Origin: Saprolegnia diclina VS20
Taxonomy: Eukaryota
Direction of reading: 5' to 3'
Assembly: GCF_000281045.1 (NCBI RefSeq)
Contig: NW_008246119.1
Location: forward strand, 90,527-147,853
DNA length: 57,327 nucleotides
How positions within the stretch are numbered: position 1 is the first letter of the stretch; the number at the start of each line of letters is the position of its first letter. The position numbers were made by a program, and so were the translations under genes. Shown here piece after piece: positions 46,755 to 57,327 of the stretch. The notes beneath the pieces were generated by a model, which saw only the letters and a list, made by a program, of their open reading frames with translations, did not search any database and had not been told where the DNA came from.

Positions 46755-47621
46755 TTATGCGAAGAAGCCGACGCGTTCTGTTCGGTATGTCTGCGTCGTG
46801 TCGAGCGCATCTTGGTCGGCAAAGACGCGGCCCATGGCTTCAAACACGTGCACGGACGACGAGTTGGCGACGTCGATCATGGCCTGCATCTCCTTGACGT
46901 CGAGGGCGCCGGACCCGCTCTTTTGCATGCCGCAGAGGCGCTGGTTGGCGTCGATCGCGACGCTGATCTGCGCGCTCATGCAGAGCTCTTCTTCGAGGAG
47001 CGCGTCCATGACAAACCACCGGTCGACCTTGCTCAGCGTCATGCAGATTGGCCACGTGTCGAGGTTGAGGCGCGAGCCCGTCGCGGGGTCGGCGTCGACT
47101 TCGAGGAGCTGGTCTTCGTCCTTGTCGCCACTTAGCTTGATGGACGGGAGGAGGGTATCGCGGAGCGCGCTGTAGATTGCCATCGAGATGACATCCGGGA
47201 GGTTTCCAGACGTGTCAAAGACCATGACGTCGACGTAGACGACCCACACGCTCTTGTTGGGCACGATCGCGAGGCCCGGGAGGTCGACGACCACGAGTCG
47301 CTTCATGCGCTCCGTGAGCTCGACGTTCATTTCTTCCTGGGCGCGGCCATCCATCTTCTCCGAGACCGACGGCGCGCACTGCACATTGAGCTCGACCCAG
47401 CCGTTGGCGTGGTCGCCGTGTGCGACCTCGACCTTGACGCTGGCCAGCACGTCGGTGCTGCCGCCCTTGAGCGAGACGCGGCTCGAGCCGTGGCTCTGGC
47501 TCAAGAGGCCGTTCTCCATGCGGAGGACCCGGCGCGCGAGCCGGCTGCGGCCGTCGGCGCGGACGTCCTGGGCGATCCCGTCGGCGATGAAGGCGCGCTC
47601 GGAAGGGCTGATGCGAAGCAT
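46755..47621 (-). CDS. RRP42: Exosome complex RNase PH-like subunit RRP42 (EXOSC7)
   Basis: ISPSERAFIADGIAQDVRADGRSR, GSSRV, TDVLASVKVE, LAIVPNKSVWVVYVDVMV..GNLPD, ALRDTLLP, DALLEEE, GMQKSGSG. Single exon from ATG 47621. Confidence 0.92.
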   Translation of the reverse strand: MLRISPSERAFIADGIAQDVRADGRSRLARRVLRMENGLLSQSHGSSRVSLKGGSTDVLASVKVEVAHGDHANGWVELNVQCAPSVSEKMDGRAQEEMNVELTERMKRLVVVDLPGLAIVPNKSVWVVYVDVMVFDTSGNLPDVISMAIYSALRDTLLPSIKLSGDKDEDQLLEVDADPATGSRLNLDTWPICMTLSKVDRWFVMDALLEEELCMSAQISVAIDANQRLCGMQKSGSGALDVKEMQAMIDVANSSSVHVFEAMGRVFADQDALDTTQTYRTERVGFFA

Positions 47622-47728
47622 GTTGCTGTCTCTGCGACCAATCAAACGCAAAAGATGTGGTGCGTGTTTCCAACGACCAGGTGCTCTTTGATTCAAAATA
47701 GGTGCGGTATTCCAAATTGATTGAAAAT

Positions 47729-50700
47729 TTAGTGCGCTTCTTTCGTGGCATCGCCATTAACCGTGTCGGCGGGATGCGCCCACTGGAGGTGTTTGGTGCG
47801 GACATGGCGCCAAAAGACGTGTCCGGCCTCGTTATCGCGCAGCTGCTCCCATGACCCGGCACGCGCAAGCACCTAGATGGATGCATATAACTATGAAACG
47901 TAAGGAGGCAAGTGATTCGTACGACCGAGCGCGGCAGACGGTGCTTGCTCGGGCCAACGGTAGCATACACGCCCGTGGGACTTCGCTCGTGCTGAAGGGC
48001 ATTGTACTCGTGTAGAAGCGGCTCGTTGAGTGCGTCGACCGCAAGTGCGCGTCGGAACAGTGTCTCCGCCTATACTATGTGCATGAGCTCTCTGCGTCAA
48101 CGCAAGTTCGTCCACCCGATCGAGGTCACTGTGAATATGCTGCTGGAACAAGGCATAGAGCCCCAGAGCCTGCATACAGTAGCATCACGCCACGTATCGC
48201 TGAAGGCAACGTACGAGCGCGTTGGTCGGGTCGGCGATGACGCGCCACCGGAAGCAGGCGTCCTCGAGCGGCGTGACGTCCCGCAGTAAAACGTCGCGTT
48301 GCTTGGCCATTTGCAGCAGTCGCAGCGCCCGCTGTCGGTTCTTGGACTGAGGTTTTCGTCCGCTAAGGAGTAAGAGCAGCGCGAGGGCCACGGACGCCAC
48401 GACGTCTCCTTGCGCGACCTACATGTATGAATCGACAACGGTCCCAACGACGTGCTAATGTCGCACATGCAGAATGGCCTCCAAGTACCGATACGCCTGG
48501 TCCAACTAGAAAAGATAGGATACCACCGTGACCTCTACGAAGCTTGCAAGAGGTACCTCGAGGGACGCAAGGGCATGCAGCGCACAGCGCTGTTGTTCGT
48601 GCAGTGGCAATGTCGACGTGAACAGCGGGACGTTCTAGCTCGCAAGGACTACGAGAGACTGCTGCACGCCAGCTAACCCACCGTGTGAAACGAGAGGGCT
48701 TGCACGAGCAGTGGTAATGACACGCGGCCAACTGCGTTCTGGAAGCGGCGCCGCCGAACCAGTCGCTGCAGCGCCCGCACCGCCTACAACCGCGTTAGAA
48801 GCGCTCCCAGAAGGGTCTGAGCAAACATTGTCTTGGCTCCACCACGTCGACCACCCCCGCGCGGGGTTATAGTAGTAGACACGACCGGAGGTTGCGTCGA
48901 ACTGCGCCAGCCACTCGTCCGTTGGTGAGTCAAAGTGCACACCCGGGTACAGTCGCGCCAACGGCTGCGTGCGCGAGATCGTTCCATGCACCTTGTTCTG
49001 ATACAAGCGCTCGCCCGTCGTTGCCTCGCTCCGGAAGGTGTACATCGACTACAAAGCAGGCTCTTCCAAGGTCTCTCGTTTTAGGCGAGGTACGGGTAGT
49101 CGCGTGCGAAAATGCTGGCGCGCGAGGATCCCTCGGCATCGCGCCTGGAGCATACGCGCGGCCGCCACTTCTAGGTGGCGCTGCGCCTCCGACGCTTGTG
49201 TTCGTTGCATCTACGCACGTGGTTGTCTCGCACCTCGATCATGAAAACGTGGCACCTGCTGCGCGACGACAGTGTCTGGCAACATTGCTGCTGTCGGCGC
49301 AACGACACCGTATGCTGCCACGTACAGCGTGAGCGCTCGAAGAACGTCGTGGGCACAGTGCTGATGCGGGCAGTCGAGTGCCGATGTCAAGAGGTACCGC
49401 GCGGCGCCGAGGCTAGACGCCGGACGATCGAGGGGCACGCCACAGCAGCGCCACGTCACATGTCGAGCTCGCTGCATAAAAGTCACGATGGCATGCGCCA
49501 ACGAGGCGTGCAGCGTGTACGTGACAAGCACGCTCGAGCTAAGTATCAAGTTGATACACAAAGCGACCATGATATCGTACGTGGGCTCGTAGACGCGGAG
49601 AACATAGTCATAATGGACACCGGATAAGCAGACAACGTACGCCGTTGGCGGCGCCCATACAACGCGGTGCGCGAGGTGCTAGGACCCACCGCGTAGCCTC
49701 CTTTAGAACAGTGTGTTTGTACCCGACCAGGCGTGTCGAACGCAGCGCTTCGATGCAGCCTGAGACGCTGGGTCATTTTGCCGATGTACAATCGCCCAAA
49801 GACAAGCCGCAGCTGCAGCCGCAGCGTCGATGTTCTTGCCTACAGTGTTCGTCGCAAAAGCTTTCCACAAAGCACGAACCTTGGCGGGCGTGGCAAGGTC
49901 GGCCCAGATCTGAGATAAAAGGGACGTGTGGAGCGTCATCTCGTACACGCGGCAACTTTCGGGTTCAAAAAGCTCGAGACGAAGCTGTCGGTCCTTAGCC
50001 AAGTCGACGTGACACCGAAAGACCGAGATGATGAAGCGACGACCGTCCACGTAGATGCCAAATCGGTCGAGGAAGAGTCGCCGACGCATCTTGAGGCGGT
50101 GGAGATGGCAGACCCACTCGGGGTGCATTCGGCGAAAGAGGCGGCGCCACCCGAGCCGATGTCGGGCCCAGCGCTGGAGCCGCACGCACCGGCCAAGTAG
50201 ATAGAGACGGCGCAGCTCCTCAACGCGCCGGCGCTCGGCTTCGATGGCTTCCAGTCGCTGGCGTTCGCGCAAGGCGGCGAGCAAGACAACGTACCGTGCC
50301 TGCGCTATCCACATGCGCCCGTAGCATTGCAGAACGAGCACAGCCCGACGGCGTTGTCGTAGTAGGGCCAAGTGGTGCCTACAGGTCTTAATCAACACAA
50401 ACAATGTACTAGTACACTATTTGTGTAGTTGACTGGTATTGGGCGTAAACGGCGTGGCCCCGGTACGTTGCCTGCAGGCGCGTCGCGGCACACATGTGTC
50501 GCGCCAGCAATTCCATTTGGTCGAGCTTGGCCTGCGAGCGGTAGCGCTCGAGTGCCTACTGCGATAATCTACCACGCATAGCACCTTACAATATAAAAGA
50601 CCGTGGTCCATAGCGCCTTGCTGTGCGGGTCGCGCGTCAAGTGCTCCAAGACAAAGGCGCGCAGCGGGTGCTGCTCAACTCGACTGCGGTAGACCTCGGC

Positions 50701-53170
50701 GACAACCGCGTCGAGCGCGGCCAAGAAGCCGTCGCGCTCCATTTGGTGTTGGAAGACGGGGCACGCGTGTTTGAAGAAGATACGATCGAGAAGACCGAGT
50801 GGGAGCAGCTCGGGCGTCACGCCGCAGTCGCGAATAAACTTTGCAAATTTCACAGAGTCTAGTGGGCCGCTCATCAAGGTCGCATATACACGGGCAACCT
50901 ACCGACAAAATCTACAGAAAATTCCATCGCGATCCTCTTGCACGAGAAAGAGCGTACAGTTGGACGGGTACGTCTCGCAGAGCTCCTTGTACTTGGCACA
51001 CAGCATGTCGAGGACTGGGGTCGCCCCAACGTACGGCGTCCAGTCGAGTCTGTCGCTCCAAAAACCATTTTCCAGCGCTTCTTCCGGCACAGCGTATTGG
51101 AGGCGCAGTCGAAAGAACACATAGTGCAAGGGCGACCCGACGTACTCGGTCGTCGGGTGCCGGACGTAAAACTGCAGCTGCTGGAGCCAGCGCGGCCGCG
51201 TGTCCATGCTCTACCACACAGTCGTACACCTGTAGCATCGTCGTCTGCGCCTACCGATGGCACGAGCCGCCAGAGGTTCGAGGTCGCCGGGCAGTTGACG
51301 CTTCCGCGCTGCGGTCGGCGCAGAAGACACTGGTAGCGAATGTCCGTGGCATCCGAGGACGCGGGATGCAACGGTGCGACGACAACGTCCAAGCCATTGA
51401 CGAGGCGGAGGCCGCTGCCGGGCGCCAGGTGCGGCAGCATCAACTCGGGCACGGGACACGGTGCTTCGATGAAGCACAGCCACTCGTTGAGCCGCGTTGC
51501 GTGCAGCGAGGCAAGCAGGTACATGGGGATTGCACACCAATTTGCGTCGTCCTAGTGAAAAACATCACATGTCAAAAAATGACGCGCCTTCATCACCTCG
51601 CTGCGTGCGTCTCCTTGCCTGTGGATCGCCTACGTCAGTCCAGAGCTCGCGACAATCTCGCCGTCATCAGCGTCACAACGTACGGGCAGCGATGGCAGTG
51701 ACATATCATGGTACTTGCGTGCGTCCTTGAACCGCTAGCCCATATGTTAGAACATCATCCTCTTGGTATAGTTTAACATCAATATCGGTCTGCAGGGGCA
51801 AGTGTCGAAGGCGAATTGCCGTGTAAAAATCACTCTCGTGGGCGCCCGCGATGGCATCGTACCCGCGCTGGCTCCATTGATTGAGCGTGCCAAGCATCAG
51901 CTCGCGGATTTCGTCGGTCAAGGGCAGCTGCACGCCAACACTCCGGACGTGCGGCAGTGCCACGACGTCCGGCGGGTCGACGCAGGCGCCCTATCAGCCC
52001 ACTTTCCATCGCTCCTTCCGGCGGAAGATCGACAAACCATGACGAGATGGGCTTGCACATACGTGGCAAAGGCGGTGCAAGCGGCAACCTGGCGCCGCGG
52101 TCCTTTCTGTACGAGCAGAACCAAGGGCAGCAGCTGTGCCAAGCGCAGGCGCGCTTCGGTCGACAGCGCGACGCGGGTGCCTCGGTAATAGAACCGAGCG
52201 CCCTCGGAAGCGCGGAGACCATTGCGGAGCTTGGAGAGCGGCATCGACAGTGTCCCGAAGACAGCACTCATCGAGACCGTCCGCATCTCATTCGCCTCGA
52301 GCACAAGGACGTAGCAGAGAACGGGGAGGCGTTGCCGCCCGACCACGGCGCGTGGCGGCTCAAACGGCCAGTCGTACGTGTGCATGGCTTGGGCAATGGC
52401 TGCGTGGAGCGCGCGAGGCGGATAAGAAGACGCGCCGCGCAGAAGCGACAGAACGCGGTGGTCGTCGGCCGGGAGGTACGCCACCATGCATCGCTGGCCC
52501 AATGCATCCGCAACAGCGATGCGCAATCCCTATGTGGACGATGTTAGAGAGATGAAGGAAGCGTCCTTGAGGCAGGTACATCGTCGGTGGCGACGACATG
52601 GGCCAAGAGACGGCGCCCATGACGACGAAAGACGTGGCGAAAGGTGCGTCGGTACGGCGCCGACTTCAACGGGCTCTGTCGCTCGTTGGCTTGGAGATCG
52701 TATAAAGTCGATGGCGAGAGCACCGTTGCGAGACAGAGGTACACCCAGCTACCCAACGCCGCTGCAATCGCACTGATCTTGGCGACAGCAGTGAGACGAA
52801 ACGAGGGGTCTTCGAGGTAGACGAGGCAGACGTCGATCGTCGCGGTGGACAATGGCCCAGACTCGCCGTGGTTTAGCTGCCGTAGATGGCCATGGAGCCG
52901 GTGGACAAAGGTGCTCGGGCTACGCAAGAGCGTCTCGCGCAAGAACGTCCATGTGAGCTTGTAGAACGATGGATGCTCGACCTCGAAGAGGACGAGGTAG
53001 ATGGCGCCGAGCAAGATGTGCACGCTCCGGTGCGGGTGCGACGGGAAGCCACAGAGAGCGTCGACGTCCTCGACGCTCAGCGCCTCGAAGCGGTCGTGCA
53101 GGGCGCGATGGCTCTCGCCCTCCAGAAGGTCCCGGATCCGCGCCTGGTGCGACCGTGTCTCTTCCGTCAT
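47729..53170 (-). CDS. Large multidomain protein: dynein stalk MTBD-like, p25alpha/TPPP-like, IQ, WW and TPR-like modules (many introns)
   Basis: Exon 1 follows the dynein MTBD pattern (LSVEDVDAL..PHRSVHILLGAIYLVL..LTWTFLRE..FVHRL..YLEDPSF..VAKISAIAAALGSWV). Later exons give LDSVKFAKFIRDCG..LDRIFFK..FLAAL (p25alpha), LQARCRGILARQ (IQ), WLAQFDATSGRVYYYNP..STW (WW), AETLFRRALAVD (TPR-like) and a terminal WEQLRDNEAGHVFWRHVRTKHLQWAHP (WW) before TAA at 47729-47731. Many junctions were checked by eye. Confidence 0.7.
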
Positions 53171-53322
53171 ACTGCCATGATGCGAATCTGAAACGGCGCG
53201 ACCTCTGTAAATTTATAAAGCACACCAAATCCATCAATACCAGTAATAGTATGTCCAATGCATAATTAGTGTGCGTATACTATATTCAGACGTGCCAAGA
53301 ATGCGTTGTCGGAGGTTCCAAC

Positions 53323-54510
53323 ATGGCGACGACAGCAACGACGTGGCCAACGCTGGCCTGGGACGACGTCCAAGCCGACCTGGACGCAATTCTGGCGACC
53401 AAGACGACAACGGCGCAGGATGCGCCGCTAGCGGCAGATGTCGAGGATGTCAATGCCGATTCTTGCGACGATGAGCAGGCCAAGATTCGGGCGCTGGCGA
53501 CCGAGATCTTCCTCGTCCATGCCAGCCTCACGACCGCCCGCGAGCGCATGCGCTGCAACGCGTCGCTCGTGCGCGTGATCCAGACGTACTTGATGGCGGC
53601 CAAGATGGTACGTCGTTGTCCGCACCGGTGCGAATGGCTCACGCCATGTAGGATCCCGCCGACGCGGGCACCAAAGCCGTCGCTCTGCAATGGCTCGCAT
53701 CCAATGCCCCCGACTGGGCAATCCCAACGTCACACCTCGACGAGTCGGCGCTTCTCGACTGCATCCGCGACGACATCCTCCACGCCAGCACCAAGGACGA
53801 CTTTTTAAAGCATTTCGAGTCGGCGACGCACGAAGCCATTTCCTTCCCGGCGCCTGCGCCTGCAACGCCATCGCCTCCACCTTCGTCGCTGCTCGGTCCG
53901 ATCCCAGAGGTGACGGCAATCGAAGCGTACCAAGACGCCAAGGACATTCAGCGCGACCAAATACAAGTCAACGGTATCGTGTACCCTGGCATCGTCGGCT
54001 ACGACAGCCTTGTCGCCGCGCTCACGACCGTCATTGCCAACGTCCATTCGGTCTTCCGCGACGAAGATGACAAGCGACCGCAGTATGAAGCCATGGCCAA
54101 ACGCGTGCTCCACGTACGCATCTGCCTGCAACACATCCTCTGCATCTGTTCTCTAGACAATCAACCGGACCGAGTCGGGCGGCTCGTCCTACGAAGTGCT
54201 GAGTCAGTTGATGCCCCCCATTGCGCTGCTCCGCCCCAACTCCAAGGATGCCAACGCCCTCGTTCTCAACATTGACGTCGGCCCGTACGAAGCAAGCGCG
54301 CATGTATGGTGCTTGGGGCTACGCGTCCGCCTCACGACGTCGACCGCCTACGTCATCTGCGACGCCGACGACCCGACCGACGAGTGGTGTGCGATCGACG
54401 TGGTCTACTGCAACCGGCTCGCGTTTGCATTTGGCGACAGCCCGTACACGTCCACCTCGATGGGCGCGCGCGTGGACCGGGCGCGCATCTCGTTCGCGGT
54501 CATAAGTTAG
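53323..54510 (+). CDS. Hypothetical protein (about 3 exons)
   Basis: ATG 53323 (MATTATTWP). GT-AG introns near 53608-53651 and 54114-54155 join to give ..AKDIQRDQIQVNG..VLH/TINRTESGGSSYEVL.. ending at TAG 54508-54510. Coding-like codon usage; no domain recognised. Confidence 0.7.
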
Positions 54511-56028
54511 AATTTACCGTACACCAAGGTGTCTAATCGCTGCACGTGCACAGCGAGGTCGCGGTTGCGGTGCGCGAGCCGCAGCTGCTCGTTCGTGAGC
54601 AAGCGGACTTCGTCTTTTGCGATCTGGAGCTCGTCGCGGAGCTGCGTTACCTGCACCGAAATGTCAGATACGAGGTCGTCAAAGGACACAGTACCTCGTC
54701 TTGCTTTTGCCGGGCGACCAACTTCCACTCGTCGCGCTCGGTCGCCACTTCACGCAGCTGCGTCGCGAGCTCTAGCGCCTGCAATGACACCGGAGACGAG
54801 GGATGTACGAGGTCGACGCACCTTGTGTCTCGGCGCTGGCGAGGCGCATGGCGTCGTGGGCGTTCGCGAGTTCCTGCCGCAGCTCAGTCTCTCGCGACAG
54901 CGCCGCCTTGTTGTCGAGTTCCAATTGCTTGAGCGCGGTCTCGACTCGCACGAGAATGTCGAGCTGCTCGGACGCATCGTGTTCGGACGCGGTCCACCGC
55001 CGAGCGAGTGGCGTCTCATTGCCCTCGTGGTGCAGCGTTGGCTTGAGCTGCTCGTCTACTTCGTGGTGCAGCGTTGGTTGTTTGGGCGGCTCGTCGTCCG
55101 GGATGCTCTTGGTGCTCGCCGGGCGAACGCTGCCCCAGCTTTTCGCGAGCTTGGGCGACGTGGCCTCAATCACCGAGAGCATACCATCGAGCTTGTCGAG
55201 GTCGAGGGGTGTTGTAGACGCCACTTGCATTCGCTCGTGACGCCTCGCGTGGGCCATGGCAGGGCTTGCGCTGAGCGTGGCCATGGAGCGCGTCATCGCT
55301 GGTGTCTCGGCCACGTCGGCTTGCGCCCGTAGCACCTTGGCTTGCAGCGAGGCCACCCATCGCGAACAGTGCTGCGGCGTCGGCGCCATAAACTCTTCGC
55401 GCACCCTGCTACCATGGCTTGCGGTCGTATGGGCTATCTCAAAGCGCGAGCCGGCCTTGGTCTGCACCGAGTGCACCTTGTCAAGCGCAATGCGGTACGT
55501 GGCGGGCAGCGCGTCGTCCAGGTCGCACGGGTCGAGGAGCAGGTCGGGCCCATGGAGGAGACACTTGTACTTGACCCACTCGAAGAGGTTGGTGCGCTCG
55601 TTCTTGACCTTGCGCTTCAGCGTCGTCTCGACGTCCTTGTCGTCGTCGGCCAGGCGTGGCATCGCATCCAATCTTTATCCGGACAGCCCGTTACCAACCG
55701 CTCGCTGCCGCCAGCGTTTCGATCCATATTCTGTTTGGCGTAGATTCTGGATGCTATGCGTCGAGGCGCTGTCGGTAGAGCACCGTGGTGACAGTCCGTG
55801 CGTCGACAGAGACACCTTCTGTGCTGCAGTCGCAATGACGTTGCACATACCTTGCGCCGAAGACTCTACTGTCGAGGTCGACGATGCTGTCGTGGTCGTC
55901 GACGATGCATCAGGGAATCCTGGATCGTCGTGCATGCTGGTCATCGGTGCAGAACGCAAGAAGGGCGACGCCCCGCTGCTACCGCATGGCCAGAGCGAGT
56001 AGCGCTCGTCGCATGCTTCGATCGCCAT
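54507..56028 (-). CDS. PH-like domain plus C-terminal coiled-coil protein (multi-exon)
   Basis: LKRKVK..FEWVKYKCLLHG..RFEI..EEFMAPTPQHCSRWVASLQ resembles a PH fold, followed by heptad-rich segments (ELRQELANA, QLRDELQIAKDEVRLL). The 5' exon and start codon are tentative. Confidence 0.65.
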
Positions 56029-56179
56029 CAAGCATCTTAAAGTAGTAGCCACAAACGTGCTGAGTTACCACGCTGGAACCAGCGACGACGCCGATACCAA
56101 GCCTTCGACACATGTGACGCACTCGCTTCCATTTCCCACAGCCCGTCGTCTGCATCTTGGCATTTGTCTGAAGGCTGCC

Positions 56180-57244
56180 ATGCGCTTTTGGCTCTGGTTC
56201 TTCGCGCTCCTTCTTGTCTCGAGGGTCGCCGCTGCGCTCAACATCTCGGCCGACGAGCGCCATGAGCTCTCGCGCGACTTGGCGCTGTGGCAAAAGAAGT
56301 TTGGTGATGACGACCACGTGCGCGCAGCCATGAAGATGGTGCGAGGAACCTTAACGACCGACGATCTGCTCGGACGCTTAAAGGCGACCAAGGACAAGCT
56401 GCCGGCGCTTCGCGCGGCCAACCCGCACGCCACGTTTAGCCATTTGACCAAGTTTGCGCTGCTCACGCGCGGCGAGCTGGCGCGGTTCACGTCGGGACCA
56501 CGGATGCAAGCACCTTCGGGTCTGCCGTACGACGGCAGTGGCAGCGTGGCCACCGACACGATCGACTGGGTACCGTCCATGTGCGTGTACCCAGTGCAGG
56601 ACCAAGGCTCGTGCTTTAGCCTCTGGGCCATGGCAGCGATACAAGTCGCAGCCTCGGCGCACTGCCTCGCGACCAGCCCCAAGAGACTGCTCGACATCTC
56701 GATCCAAGAGGTCGTGAGCTGCGCCAACCCTGGCGGCCCCGATGGCTGCCATGGCGGCGACGCCTACGCAGCGCTCAAGTGGATTCTTATGCAGCAGTCC
56801 GCCTTGTGCTCGGGTGTCAAGATACCGTACACAGCGCGCGTGTCTGGGTACGCGCCCACTTGCAGCGACAACAGCCAGTGCGCGGGCACCATCTCGTTTG
56901 ACGTGAATGAAGTGGCCGAGAAGAGCGGCGAAGCGTTGCTTGAGAAGCAGGTGCGCGTGCAGCCCGTGCTGGTCACAGTCTCGGCGTCCAGTGACACGTG
57001 GTTCCTCTACACGGGCGGCATCCTAACGTCGTGCCCGCAGACAAGGTGGGCCCTCCCCTACCCGATGATCGTCATCGGCTTTGGCACGGAGAACGGCGTC
57101 GGCTTCTGGAAGGTCCGCAACGCGTGGGGCACGATCTGGGGCGAGCAAGGCGACATGCGCCTCCTCCGCGGCATCGGCGGCCGCGGCACTTGCAACATCG
57201 CCGCGCACTTCATGTACCCCGTCATCCCGTCGCGCAACGCGTAG
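56180..57244 (+). CDS. Secreted papain-family (C1A) cysteine protease homologue, catalytic Cys and His substituted
   Basis: Signal peptide MRFWLWFFALLLVSRVAAA, prodomain (ANPHATFSHLTKFALLT), mature IDW..PVQDQGSCFSLWAM, SIQEVVSC, GCHGG, YTGGI, VIGFG, FWKVRNAWGTIWGEQG. Single exon. Confidence 0.9.
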   Translation: MRFWLWFFALLLVSRVAAALNISADERHELSRDLALWQKKFGDDDHVRAAMKMVRGTLTTDDLLGRLKATKDKLPALRAANPHATFSHLTKFALLTRGELARFTSGPRMQAPSGLPYDGSGSVATDTIDWVPSMCVYPVQDQGSCFSLWAMAAIQVAASAHCLATSPKRLLDISIQEVVSCANPGGPDGCHGGDAYAALKWILMQQSALCSGVKIPYTARVSGYAPTCSDNSQCAGTISFDVNEVAEKSGEALLEKQVRVQPVLVTVSASSDTWFLYTGGILTSCPQTRWALPYPMIVIGFGTENGVGFWKVRNAWGTIWGEQGDMRLLRGIGGRGTCNIAAHFMYPVIPSRNA

Positions 57245-57327
57245 GCGAGAGCGACACCGCGTCACCCGACGGCAACGATGGCGCGTCCGACTAGCAAACA
57301 AGTTGCATTGTTAATCGTCGCTGGATC

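Noticed and set aside
48002..48676. Protein-like + strand ORFs (48002..48289, 48452..48676)
   Set aside because: The - strand gives a coherent spliced TPR/WW-containing frame across the same interval.
56119..56136. GCACTCGCTTCCATTTCC as a possible oomycete Inr-FPR core promoter of the protease homologue
   Set aside because: Only a loose match with atypical spacing; not supportable without TSS data.

Overview
Eukaryotic, gene-dense, GC-rich DNA with many short (~40-70 nt) GT-AG introns, often with GTACG/GTGCG-type donors. Gene content and intron style point to an oomycete, probably Saprolegniales such as Saprolegnia; this is inferred, not searched. Most entries in the ORF track are exon fragments or antisense shadows. 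By splicing by eye I reconstruct about 17 genes: three paralogues of an uncharacterised multipass membrane protein; a secreted GH141-like beta-helix protein; a ubiquitin-like/cNMP-binding fusion; two tandem ferlins; MYCBPAP (FAP147) fused in frame to a degenerate phosphoglycerate kinase; a FYVE-SYLF protein head-to-head with VPS26; an IQ/EF-hand repeat protein; two PH-domain proteins; a dynein light intermediate chain; RRP42; a large protein combining a dynein stalk MTBD-like domain with p25alpha/TPPP, IQ, WW and TPR modules; a hypothetical protein; and a secreted papain-family protein lacking both catalytic Cys and His. The strongest novelty candidates are the MYCBPAP-pseudoPGK fusion, the motor-less dynein-MTBD/TPPP scaffold, the UBL-cNMP fusion and the dead secreted protease. 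I saw no RNA genes, CRISPR arrays or transposases. All domain calls come from motif recognition by eye, and exon boundaries are provisional.
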